DNA of 64,000 nt from Candidatus Rokuibacteriota bacterium (GTDB taxonomy: Bacteria > Methylomirabilota > Methylomirabilia > Rokubacteriales > CSP1-6), in NCBI GenBank assembly GCA_003220315.1, contig QHSA01000133.1, positions 14,843 to 78,842 on the forward strand, read 5' to 3'. The notes beneath the pieces were generated by a model. The model was given only the letters and a program-made list of their open reading frames with translations, searched no databases and was not told the DNA's origin. Shown one piece after another: positions 35,291 through 44,061 of this stretch. Numbering within the stretch: the first letter of the stretch is position 1; every line of letters starts with the position of its first letter. The translations under genes and the position numbers were made by a program.

Positions 35291-36418
35291 ATGGCGGAGC
35301 TCGCGGCGACGAAGCGTCTGGTCACGACCCTCGCGATCCTCGTCCTCGTCCTCGCGGCCGGCTTCTATGCGGTCGCCCAGCAGATGGACGAGTCGAAGCG
35401 CGACCGCACCGTCCCCGTGCTCGGCGGTAAGTACCACGTGCTGCCGGCGACGCTCGAGACGACGCAGTGGGGCTGGCTCGACCCCAAGGAGCCGCCCAAG
35501 CTCGTCGTCAACTCCGGCGACACGGTCGCGGTCGAGACGATGATGCACGCGCACAACAAGATCCAGCCCGGGACGACGATGGAGGAGATCGTCGCCCTCC
35601 GCAAGGCGAACCCGGGGGGCGGGCCCCACTCCCTGACCGGGCCGATCTACGTGAACGGCGCCGAGCCCGGCGACGTGATGGAGATCCGGATCCTCAAGAT
35701 CACTCCCAAGGCGTTCGGCGTGAACTTCAACCTCCCCGGCAGGGAGTTCCCGACGATCGGCGCGCTCGCCTCAGAGATGCCCGACGGCTTCGTCAGGTAC
35801 TTCTACCTCGACTGGGACAAGCGTCAGGCGGAGTTCAAGCCCGGCATCGTCGTCGACCTCCAGCCGTTCCCGGGGACGCTGGCCGTCGGCATCGACCCCA
35901 AGGACCCCTCGCCGCGCAAGGGCGGCGCGACCGATCCGATGGCGCCGGTGTCGACGCTCCGGCCCTGGAAGAACGGCTCGAACATGGACATCAACGAGCT
36001 GCAGGAGGGCACGACGATCTACATCCCGATCTTCCTCAAGGGCGGCCTCGTCTGGACGGGCGATTCCCACTGCCGCCAGGGCAATGGCGAGGTCAACCTC
36101 ACCGCGCTCGAGTGCGCCTACCGCGAGATCGTGATGCAGCTCATCGTGCGCAAGGACCTGAAGCTCGACTGGCCGCGCGTGGAGACGAAGACGCACTGGA
36201 TCATGCTGGGCTTCGACGAGGACCTCAACCGGGCGATGGTGAGCGCCGTCCGCGAGACCGTCGACTTCCTCGCGAGCCAGAAGATGGCGCCGCTGACCCG
36301 CTACGAGGCTTACTCGCTCGTCTCGATGGTGGGCGACTGCCGCGTGACGCAGGTGGTGGACGTGCGCAAGGGTGTCCACTGCATGATCCCGAAGTCGATC
36401 TTCGTCAAGCCGTCGTAG
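35291..36418 (+). CDS. Acetamidase/formamidase (FmdA/AmdA family), membrane-anchored
   Basis: N-terminal TM helix followed by the FmdA_AmdA fold (HAHNKIQPG, DxCRQGNGEV). Confidence 0.85.
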   Translation: MAELAATKRLVTTLAILVLVLAAGFYAVAQQMDESKRDRTVPVLGGKYHVLPATLETTQWGWLDPKEPPKLVVNSGDTVAVETMMHAHNKIQPGTTMEEIVALRKANPGGGPHSLTGPIYVNGAEPGDVMEIRILKITPKAFGVNFNLPGREFPTIGALASEMPDGFVRYFYLDWDKRQAEFKPGIVVDLQPFPGTLAVGIDPKDPSPRKGGATDPMAPVSTLRPWKNGSNMDINELQEGTTIYIPIFLKGGLVWTGDSHCRQGNGEVNLTALECAYREIVMQLIVRKDLKLDWPRVETKTHWIMLGFDEDLNRAMVSAVRETVDFLASQKMAPLTRYEAYSLVSMVGDCRVTQVVDVRKGVHCMIPKSIFVKPS

Positions 36419-36419
36419 G

Positions 36420-37319
36420 GTGCGCGCCGCGCTGCTGGTCCTGCTCGCGGCCGTCCCGGCCTGGGCGGGCGGCGCGCTCTCCGTCGTGACGACCTCGACC
36501 GACCTCCAGGCCCTCGTCGAGGCCGTCGGCGGCGACCGCGTGCGGGTCGAGAGCCTGGCGCCCGCCGCGCACGAGCCGCACGCGGTTACAGTCACGCCCG
36601 GGCAGTTCGAGAAGCTCAAGGCCGCCGCGCTCCTCGTGCGGATCGGGCTCGACCACGAGCCCTGGCTCGCCCGCGTCCTCCGCGCCGCGAACGATCCCCG
36701 CTTCGCGCCGGGGAGCGCGCACGACCTCGACGTCTCGAAGTCCGTCGACCTGCTCCAGACGGCGACCGCGCGCGTGAGGGGCGAAGGGGTTGCCCACGTC
36801 CACGGCTTCGGCAACCCGCACTACTGGCTCGATCCCGCGAACGCGCGGCCGATGACCGGGGCGATCCTCGAGGCCCTCGTCCGGCTGGCGCCGGACGGCC
36901 GCGACGTCTTCGCCAAGAACCGCGCGCGCTGGCTCGCGCGGCTCGACGACTCGCTCGCCCGCTGGACACGGGCGCTGGCGCCCTATCGCGGCACGCGCGC
37001 CGTCGTCGTGCACGACAGCTGGCCGTACTTCGCCCGACGCTTCGGGCTCGTCGTCGTCGCCGCGGTCGAGCCCGCGCCCGGCGTGCCCCCGTCGGCGGCG
37101 TCGCTCGCTGCGCTCACCGCGAAGATGCGCCAGGCGCGGGTCCGGCTCGTGATCGGCGAGCCGTCGTCGAACGCGTCACTCGTGAGTCACGTGGCGGCGC
37201 GCGGCGGCGCCCGGGCGGTCGTGCTCGTCCCCTCCGTCGGGGCCGACCCCGAGGCGGGCGACTACGTAGCCCTCTTCGAGCTCGACGTGCGGCGCCTCGT
37301 CGAGGCGCTCGGACCGTGA
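36420..37319 (+). CDS. Metal ABC transporter substrate-binding protein (ZnuA/TroA family)
   Basis: Signal peptide; His-rich metal site (AHEPH, HVHGFGNPHYWLDP); GTG start 1 nt after the formamidase stop. Confidence 0.8.
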   Translation: MRAALLVLLAAVPAWAGGALSVVTTSTDLQALVEAVGGDRVRVESLAPAAHEPHAVTVTPGQFEKLKAAALLVRIGLDHEPWLARVLRAANDPRFAPGSAHDLDVSKSVDLLQTATARVRGEGVAHVHGFGNPHYWLDPANARPMTGAILEALVRLAPDGRDVFAKNRARWLARLDDSLARWTRALAPYRGTRAVVVHDSWPYFARRFGLVVVAAVEPAPGVPPSAASLAALTAKMRQARVRLVIGEPSSNASLVSHVAARGGARAVVLVPSVGADPEAGDYVALFELDVRRLVEALGP

Positions 37320-38593
37320 TCGAGTTCCTCGCGCTCCCGTTCCTCGCCTGCCTCGTGCTCACCGCGATCCACGTCTACCTCGGGCTCCACGTGCTCGCGC
37401 GTGGCGTCATCTTCGTGGACCTGGCGCTCGCCCAGACGGCGGCCCTCGGGATCACCGTCGCCCTCCTCGCGGGCCACGCGATCCAGAGCGACGCGGCGTA
37501 CTGGTACGCGCTCGTCTTCACACTGGCGGGCGCCGGGCTCTTCGCCGTGAGCCGGACACATCGCGGACGTGTTCCGCAGGAGGCCCTCATCGGTATCGTC
37601 TACGCGGTGTCGGCTGCGGCGGCCGTGCTCGTCGTGGATCGGGCCCCGCAGGGGAACGAGCACATCAAGCAGCTCCTGGTGGGAAGCATCCTGACGGTCA
37701 CGGGGGACGAGGTGCGCGCGCTCGCCCTCCTCTACGCCCTGATCGGCGCCATTCATTGGGTCGTGCGCCGCCCGCTCCTCCGCATCTCGTTCGACCCGAA
37801 CGGCGCCGCCGGGCGGCACGCGGTCCGCGCGTGGGACTTCGTTTTCTACGCCTCGTTCGGGCTGGTGGTGACCAGCTCGGTGCGAGTCGCGGGCGTGCTC
37901 CTCGTCTTCTCGTACCTCGTCGTGCCCGCGACGGTGGGGGCGTTGCTCACGGGCTCCGTGCGCGGCCGCCTCCTCCTCGGCTGGGCCGCGGGCGCCGGGG
38001 TGAGCGCCGCAGGGCTCGCGGCCTCCTACGCCTGGGACCTCCCGACCGGCGCCACCGTGGTCACGACCTTCGGCGCGTTGCTCGCCGTGGTCGGGCTGGC
38101 GCTCGCGGCGCGCGGGCTCGGCCGCGCGGTCCGGACGCGCGGCGCCTCGGCGCTCCGCTCGCTCGGCGCCGGCGCGTGCGCCCTCGTCGCGCTTGCCGGA
38201 CTCCTCGTGGCGCTCTTCCCGCGAATGGACCATGTCTGGCTCGACTGGATCGAGGCGCCCCTGCCCGTCGTCGAGCTCGCGTTCCTCACGCCGCGGGAGC
38301 GCGAGACGTACCGCGAGAGCCACGCGGCGATCGCGCAGGCCACCGCCGACCTCGCGCGGCTACGCGCGCTGCAGCAGGAGGTCCTGTGGGGCGCCCGAGC
38401 GATGCCCGAGGAGACGACGGAGCGGCTCAGGCAGTTCGTGGCGGGCCGGAGCGAGCTCACGGCTGGCGACCGGATGGTGCTACGCACCCTGCGGACCAGG
38501 GCCCGCGAGCGCCAGCGCTACTGGATCGGCGTCCCGTTGCTCCTCGCCGGTGCCGTCGGCGCCCTCGTCCTCGCGCGCGCCCGCCGCGTCTAA
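37316..38593 (+). CDS. Metal ABC transporter permease (ZnuB family) with ~140-aa C-terminal cytoplasmic extension
   Basis: GTGA overlap with the SBP gene; 8 predicted TM helices followed by an Arg/Glu-rich helical tail; no ATPase gene adjacent. Confidence 0.8.
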   Translation: MIEFLALPFLACLVLTAIHVYLGLHVLARGVIFVDLALAQTAALGITVALLAGHAIQSDAAYWYALVFTLAGAGLFAVSRTHRGRVPQEALIGIVYAVSAAAAVLVVDRAPQGNEHIKQLLVGSILTVTGDEVRALALLYALIGAIHWVVRRPLLRISFDPNGAAGRHAVRAWDFVFYASFGLVVTSSVRVAGVLLVFSYLVVPATVGALLTGSVRGRLLLGWAAGAGVSAAGLAASYAWDLPTGATVVTTFGALLAVVGLALAARGLGRAVRTRGASALRSLGAGACALVALAGLLVALFPRMDHVWLDWIEAPLPVVELAFLTPRERETYRESHAAIAQATADLARLRALQQEVLWGARAMPEETTERLRQFVAGRSELTAGDRMVLRTLRTRARERQRYWIGVPLLLAGAVGALVLARARRV

Positions 38594-38597
38594 CCCG

Positions 38598-38690
38598 TGC
38601 GTCGGAATCACCGCTGTTCGAGCGCCGGCTCCGCCGGCGCAACCGATCCGGGGGGAGGCATCGGAAGGGGGGCGAAGCCCCCCTCCGAGT
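38598..38690. repeat. R3-like hairpin element at convergent gene ends (probable bidirectional terminator)
   Basis: GTCGGAATCACCGCTGTTCGAGCGCCGGCTCCGCCGGCGCAACCGATCCGGGGGGAGGCATCGGAAGGGGGGCGAAGCCCCCCTCCGAG; same architecture as R3, with compensatory stem changes (GCGCCGGC/GCCGGCGC versus GCGCGGGC/GCCCGCGC). Confidence 0.6.
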
Positions 38691-38693
38691 TAC

Positions 38694-39548
38694 CTAGCCC
38701 GTGTAGGCGTAGAAGCCGCGGCCCGTCTTCCGTCCGAGGTGGCCCGCGATCACCATGCGCTTGAGAAGCGGCGGCGGCGCGTAGCGAGGCTCGCGGAACT
38801 CCTCGAACATCACCTCGGCGACGTACATCGCGGTGTCGAGCCCGACGAGGTCCAGGAGCGTGAACGGCCCCATGGGGTAGCCACAGCCGAGCTTCATCGC
38901 CGTGTCGATGTCCTCGAGCGAGGCGAGGCCGCTCTCGTAAAGCCGGACCGCGTCGAGCAGGTACGGCACGAGCAACCGATTCACGATGAACGCCGTCGAG
39001 TCCTTCGTCTGGACCGGGGTCTTGCCGACCGCGCGGACCCACTCGGTCGCCGTCGCGACCACCGCCTCGTCGGTCAGGATCGTCCGCGCCACCTCCACGA
39101 GCTTCATCAGCGGCACGGGGTTGAAGAAGTGGAGCCCGAGGACCTGGCGGGGGCGCGTGGTCGCCGCGGCCAGGGCCGTGACGTTGCACGACGAGGTGTT
39201 GGTCGCCAGGATCGCGTGGGGCGGGCAGATCCGGTCGAGCTTCGCAAAGGTCTCGTTCTTGAGCTGCTGGTTCTCCGTCATGGCCTCGACGACGAGGTCG
39301 CACCCCTTGAGGTCCTCGAGTCGCGGCGTGCCGCCGATGCGCGCGAGCGCGGCGTCTTTCGTGGCGGCGTCGAGCTTGCCCTTCGCCGCGAGCCCCTCGA
39401 AGACCTCACGGAGCCGGCTGAGGCCCCGCTTGACCAGCTCGGCACTCGCCTCGACGAAGAGCACGGGGAACCCCGCCTGGGCCGCGACCTGGGCGATGCC
39501 CGAGCCCATGAGACCACAGCCGATGACGCCGACGTTTTTGATGGTCAT
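38694..39548 (-). CDS. 3-hydroxybutyryl-CoA dehydrogenase
   Basis: MTIKNVGVIGCGLMGSGIAQVAA Rossmann N-terminus; full-length 3HCDH. Confidence 0.9.
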   Translation of the reverse strand: MTIKNVGVIGCGLMGSGIAQVAAQAGFPVLFVEASAELVKRGLSRLREVFEGLAAKGKLDAATKDAALARIGGTPRLEDLKGCDLVVEAMTENQQLKNETFAKLDRICPPHAILATNTSSCNVTALAAATTRPRQVLGLHFFNPVPLMKLVEVARTILTDEAVVATATEWVRAVGKTPVQTKDSTAFIVNRLLVPYLLDAVRLYESGLASLEDIDTAMKLGCGYPMGPFTLLDLVGLDTAMYVAEVMFEEFREPRYAPPPLLKRMVIAGHLGRKTGRGFYAYTG

Positions 39549-39574
39549 GAGCGTCTCCCGGGGGCCGGCGGAGG

Positions 39575-39937
39575 CTAGTTGCGCGCGCGACGACCCGGCA
39601 GGGACGGCGGCTCGTAGTGGGCCGTCCCCGGCGGGCACGGATTCCGCACGGTGACCGCCACGGAGCCGGCGCCGGTGCCGCAACGGACGCTGCCATCGGC
39701 CTGCGGTGTGCACTCGGCGGCGCGAGGTGGCGGACCGTCCTCTCTGAGCGCCTGATCGAACGCCGACACGCGCGGCTCGATGGGCTGCGCGAAAATGCTC
39801 AGGATCATCGACGCGCTGACCGGCGTCTTCGCCTCCTCGGCGGAGGCGCCGGGCGCCCACGCGCCGAGCGTCAGGAGGGTGCCGGCCAGGAGCGTGGCGC
39901 CACCGCGCACGAGAGCGATCCGTGTCGAGATTCCCAC
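39575..39937 (-). CDS. Hypothetical small secreted protein
   Basis: 120 aa; signal peptide (LLAGTLLTLGAWAPGASA); several Cys residues; no recognisable family. Confidence 0.4.
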   Translation of the reverse strand: MGISTRIALVRGGATLLAGTLLTLGAWAPGASAEEAKTPVSASMILSIFAQPIEPRVSAFDQALREDGPPPRAAECTPQADGSVRCGTGAGSVAVTVRNPCPPGTAHYEPPSLPGRRARN

Positions 39938-39950
39938 CTGTGATGCCTCC

Positions 39951-40475
39951 TCAGTCGTAGACGATGAGGGAATGGAGCGGGAAGCTCTTGAGCTTGTCGC
40001 GGCCGTGGAGGAAGGCGAGCTCGATCAGGAACGCCACGCCGACGATGTGGCCCCCGAGCTGCTCGATCAGCCGGAGCGTCGCGGCCATCGTGCCGCCCGT
40101 GGCGAGCAGGTCATCGACGGCGAGTACGCGCTGCCCCGGCTTGACCGCGTCCTCGTGGATGGCGAGCGCGTCGCGCCCGTACTCGAGCTCGTACTCGACC
40201 TCGATGGTCTTGCCCGGGAGCTTGCCGAGCTTCCGCACGGGGACGAAACCCGCGCTCAGCTCGTGGGCGAGCGCCCCGCCGAAGATGAACCCACGCGACT
40301 CGACGGCGACCACGACGTCCACGCGCTCCTTCTGATAGCGGCCCGCGAGCACGTCGATCACGTAGCGGAACGCCGGACCGTCCTTGAGAAGGGTGGTGAT
40401 GTCCTTGAAGAGGATCCCCTCGGTTGGGAAGTCCCTGATGTCACGGATCTTCGCCCTGAGGTCGGCGATGTTCAT
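39951..40475 (-). CDS. apt: Adenine phosphoribosyltransferase
   Basis: 174 aa; PRPP-binding motif VLAVDDLLATGGT; Apt-length with matching N-terminus. Confidence 0.9.
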   Translation of the reverse strand: MNIADLRAKIRDIRDFPTEGILFKDITTLLKDGPAFRYVIDVLAGRYQKERVDVVVAVESRGFIFGGALAHELSAGFVPVRKLGKLPGKTIEVEYELEYGRDALAIHEDAVKPGQRVLAVDDLLATGGTMAATLRLIEQLGGHIVGVAFLIELAFLHGRDKLKSFPLHSLIVYD

Positions 40476-40774
40476 CGCGCGCCTATCTTACGCGCTCCAT
40501 GTCGCAGCGCGCAAGACGCCGCATCACATCAAAATTTAGGTTACCGAGCGGGAGGTCGTACATCCTGAATTATGAGTTCCTACGGACGCCGCGCGACGGC
40601 GCCGACGTGCCCGCGTGACACCCAATGGACGGCCATCCGTCAGGTCACCGACGAGCGTCCGACGAGCGCCGCCGCTCAACCCACGAATTTCCTAGCGCCG
40701 ATGCCACGTGGAGTTCTACGTGGCACTCAACTTGCTTCGTTCGAGGGTGAGGCAAGTTTCGACACGAGACACCC

Positions 40775-41143
40775 ATGCTGCTCCCGGAGCAAGTCCACCG
40801 GCTCTTCCAACTCGCCCTGGTCGAGTTCGCGCCCGACTGGGAGATCAGCGGAGCCTGCACGGAGCTCAGTCTACACAGGGCGGAGCACTGGGCTTCCGGC
40901 CTCGGGACATTCGGGCTCGTCCTCCACAACCGGGTGACCGGCGCCACGAAGGTTCTCGGCCGGCGGACGGGAGAGCTCCCGAACGCGACCTACCACCGTG
41001 GCATCTCGTATCGCGTCCTCGAGGCATACGCCGACCGGATCACGGACCCGATCCGGCGCTACTTCGAGGAGATCGGCGTCGTCGCCCCGCCGGAGGCGCG
41101 GTTCCAGAAGCCGCCGGCGGGCTCCGGCCTCAAGCACGCCTGA
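40775..41143 (+). CDS. Hypothetical protein
   Basis: 122-aa ORF downstream of a ~300-bp lower-GC, ORF-free region; no family recognised. Confidence 0.4.
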   Translation: MLLPEQVHRLFQLALVEFAPDWEISGACTELSLHRAEHWASGLGTFGLVLHNRVTGATKVLGRRTGELPNATYHRGISYRVLEAYADRITDPIRRYFEEIGVVAPPEARFQKPPAGSGLKHA

Positions 41144-41187
41144 CGCGTCGCCCGCGCGCCGACTTCCCCACCGCCCGACTGCCACGC

Positions 41188-41934
41188 TCATGACTCGAGC
41201 CGTGCGATCGCGTCGGGCAAGCCGCCGAGCCGCGGGATCGCGTCGTCGGGACGCCACAGGCCGACCGCCCGCGGCGCTTCGCTCGTGACGTGGATGACCC
41301 GCATGCCGGCGGCGCGCGCGCCCTGGATGTCGAGCACCTCGTCGTCGCCGACGTGCACCGCGCTCTCGGGGACGGCGCCGACGGCGCGCAGCGTGAGGGC
41401 GAAGATCTCGGGGTCCGGCTTGCGCACGCCCACTTCGTCCGAGAAGGTCGTATGCCGGAAGTAGCCGAGCAGCCCGAAGCGCTCGAGGAGCTTGCGCAGC
41501 GTGACGCCGGGCGTCCGCATGATGTTCGACACGACGGCGAGCGTGTATCCGCGCGCCGCGAGCGCCTCGAGGGCCGCGCGCGCGGACTCGTCCACCGCCG
41601 GCGGCACCAGGAGCGCGGGGCGCGCGTAGGCCTCGACGAGCATCGCCATCGTCTCGCTGGTCACCCGGCGGGGAAGTCCGGCATCGGCCGCGGCGAGGAT
41701 CGCCCGGACGTGCTCCGTCACCGGCACGTCGCGGTTCCGACTCCAGACTTTCGAGAGGAACGCGCCCGACTCCTCGTAGCCGCGCTCGAGCGCCCTGGCC
41801 GCGACGCGCAGGCCCGCCGCGGCGAGGACCGTCCCGAAGTCGGCCATGCGGCGCTTCTTGTAGCGGTTGTCGCTCGATGGCGGGTCGTGGAGCAGCGTTC
41901 CCCAGAAGTCGAGCGTGACCGTCGTGATCTTCAG
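41188..41934 (-). CDS. HAD-family hydrolase
   Basis: Homologous N-terminus LKITTVTLDFWGTL (motif I DxxG as D-F-W-G) ... VGDDEVLDIQGARAAGM (motif IV). The only start candidate is CTG 41934, overlapping the ECH TGA (CTGA). Confidence 0.65.
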   Translation of the reverse strand: MKITTVTLDFWGTLLHDPPSSDNRYKKRRMADFGTVLAAAGLRVAARALERGYEESGAFLSKVWSRNRDVPVTEHVRAILAAADAGLPRRVTSETMAMLVEAYARPALLVPPAVDESARAALEALAARGYTLAVVSNIMRTPGVTLRKLLERFGLLGYFRHTTFSDEVGVRKPDPEIFALTLRAVGAVPESAVHVGDDEVLDIQGARAAGMRVIHVTSEAPRAVGLWRPDDAIPRLGGLPDAIARLES

Positions 41935-42707
41935 CGTCGGCTCCTGAACTTCGGCGGCCGCTTCTCGAGGAACGCGCTCATCCCCTCGAAGGGCTCGTCG
42001 GTCGCGTAGGCCGCGACAAACGCGTCGACCCCCGAGCGCACCGCCGTCCTCAGGTCGGTCGCGCGCCAGCGGACGATCAGCTCCTTCTGCAGGCGGACCG
42101 CCTCGGGACCGCACGCGAGGATCGCGTCCACGCGCGCCTGCACGGTCGCGCGCAGGCGCTCGGCCGGCACGACGTCGTTGACGAGCCCCCACTCGTGCGC
42201 CCGCTCCGCCGTGATCGGCTCGCCGGTGAGGAGCAGTTCCGCGGCGCGGCCGGGACCGACCAGGGGCGGCAGGAGCGCCGCCTGGATCACGGACGGCACG
42301 CCCACGCGGACTTCCGGCAGGCCGAGGGGCGCCCCCGCGACGGCCACGCGCAGGTCGCACGCGAGCGCCAGCTCGAAGCCGGCGCCGAGGCACGCGCCGT
42401 TCACCGCGGCGATCACCGGGCACGGCGCCCGGTGCACGGCGTCGATCGCGTCGTGCAACGCGGTGATCAGCTCCATCGCCCGCGCCGCGTCGAGATCGCG
42501 CAAGACCCGCACGTCCATGCCCGCCGTGAACGCGCGCCCGCTGCCGGTCAGGACCACCACGCGCGTGGCGCGATCGGCGGCGAACGCGTCGAAGGCCGCG
42601 CGCACGGCGTGGATCACCCCGGGGTCGAGGAGGTTGAGCGGCGGACGGTCCAGCGTGCACCAGACGGCGACACCGGCCCGCTCGACGTGGAGCCCCGCGT
42701 CCGCCAC
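41931..42707 (-). CDS. Enoyl-CoA hydratase/isomerase
   Basis: 258 aa from GTG 42707; crotonase-fold motifs (VVVLTGSGRAFTAGMDV, AAVNGACLGAGFELALACDLRVA). Confidence 0.85.
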   Translation of the reverse strand: MADAGLHVERAGVAVWCTLDRPPLNLLDPGVIHAVRAAFDAFAADRATRVVVLTGSGRAFTAGMDVRVLRDLDAARAMELITALHDAIDAVHRAPCPVIAAVNGACLGAGFELALACDLRVAVAGAPLGLPEVRVGVPSVIQAALLPPLVGPGRAAELLLTGEPITAERAHEWGLVNDVVPAERLRATVQARVDAILACGPEAVRLQKELIVRWRATDLRTAVRSGVDAFVAAYATDEPFEGMSAFLEKRPPKFRSRR

Positions 42708-42802
42708 TAGTCGCTTGCCGGGCTTGGATCTCGCACGGAGCGGACCCAGCGGTGTCGCGCCGAATGGCGAGCCAGGGGCCGCCCGAGGGAGGAGCCCGAC
42801 AC

Positions 42803-43120
42803 TTAATACCGGCGCATGGTCGGGTCGACCGTCCGCGCCCAGTGATCGAGGCCCCCGACGAGGTTCTTCACGTTCTTGAAGCCGAGCTGGCGCAGGTAGT
42901 CGGCGACCGCCGCGCTCCGCACGCCCTGATGGCAGTAGACGACGATCTCGTCGTCGGAATTGAGCTCGCCCGCCCTGACCTCGATCTCCTCGATCGGGAT
43001 GTGCACCGAGTTGTCGAGGCGGCAGAGCCGCGTCTCCCAGTCCTGGCGCACGTCGAGCAGGAGGGGCCGGTCGTTCCGGTCCAGTCGCGCTTTCAGGTCT
43101 TGCGGCGTGATGCCGTCCAT
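42803..43120 (-). CDS. Rhodanese-domain protein
   Basis: 105 aa; active-site loop CHQGVRS. Confidence 0.8.
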   Translation of the reverse strand: MDGITPQDLKARLDRNDRPLLLDVRQDWETRLCRLDNSVHIPIEEIEVRAGELNSDDEIVVYCHQGVRSAAVADYLRQLGFKNVKNLVGGLDHWARTVDPTMRRY

Positions 43121-43132
43121 GACGATCTCCGC

Positions 43133-43984
43133 TCAGCGGGGCGCGGGCCGCCCGACCAGGAAGTCCACGAGCCAGCGGTTCACGGTCTCGGCCTGCTCGA
43201 TCTGGGGGAAGTGCCCGCACTCGTCCACCCAGCGGACCGTCGCGTGCGCGAAGCCTTCGGCGACCAGCGCGCAGTGCGCCGACGGCACGACGCGGTCCTG
43301 GCGGCCGTGGATCAGCAGGACGGGGAGGTCGAGGGTCGCGATCGCGCGGCGGTAGTCCTCAGCGTGGACTTCGAAGTCCGTCCGCACGTGGCGGAGCGTG
43401 GCGAGGTACGCCGCGCGCGCCTCGGCGGCGGTCCGCGCCGCGAATCCGAAGTCGACGAAGAAGTCGACCTCCTCGCGGACCGGCCGGTGGAAGCAGCGCG
43501 CGAGCGCGGCTTTGTAGAGCGCCGCCGAGCCGCAGCGCGCGAGCGCCTCACCGATGAGCGGTAGGGCGACGAGCCGGTAGACCCATGAGGGGCGATAGCC
43601 GAAGCCAGGGACGACGCCGCCCACGAGGGCGAGCCGCTCGACCCGCGCCGGATGGGTGACCGCGTACGTGACGGCGACGGCCGCGCCGAGCGAGTGGCCC
43701 ACGAGCGAGGCCCCCTGGATTCCGAGCGCTTCCATGAACCCGTGGAGCGCGCCGGCGAAGTAGGGCAGCCGGTAGCGCGTGCGGGGCTTCGCGGAGGCGC
43801 CGAAGCCAGGGAGGTCGAGCGCGTACACGGTCGTCCGCGCCGCGAGCCCGCGCAGGGTGTGGCGCCAGGACTCGGCGAACCCGCCCAGGCCGTGCACCAG
43901 GACGACGGCGGGCCCACGCCCCTCGACGAGGTAGTGGAGATCGAGCCCGTCGACTTCGCCGCCCCGAAGCCGGAGTTCTGGCAT
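43133..43984 (-). CDS. Alpha/beta-fold hydrolase
   Basis: HGLGG oxyanion motif, GHSLG nucleophile elbow, C-terminal His. Confidence 0.85.
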   Translation of the reverse strand: MPELRLRGGEVDGLDLHYLVEGRGPAVVLVHGLGGFAESWRHTLRGLAARTTVYALDLPGFGASAKPRTRYRLPYFAGALHGFMEALGIQGASLVGHSLGAAVAVTYAVTHPARVERLALVGGVVPGFGYRPSWVYRLVALPLIGEALARCGSAALYKAALARCFHRPVREEVDFFVDFGFAARTAAEARAAYLATLRHVRTDFEVHAEDYRRAIATLDLPVLLIHGRQDRVVPSAHCALVAEGFAHATVRWVDECGHFPQIEQAETVNRWLVDFLVGRPAPR

Positions 43985-44061
43985 GAGGCTACGATTCTAC
44001 CAAACCGCCGCCGCCCGACTCGGGACATCGGAGGCGCGCCGGCCGCCCGGGCGTCACTCTC

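Noticed and set aside
40480-40780. Possible tRNA or small RNA in the low-GC gap
   Set aside because: No cloverleaf could be built: no GTTCRANYC T-loop with matching acceptor stem; the only GGTTCGAG-like string belongs to the R3 core elsewhere.
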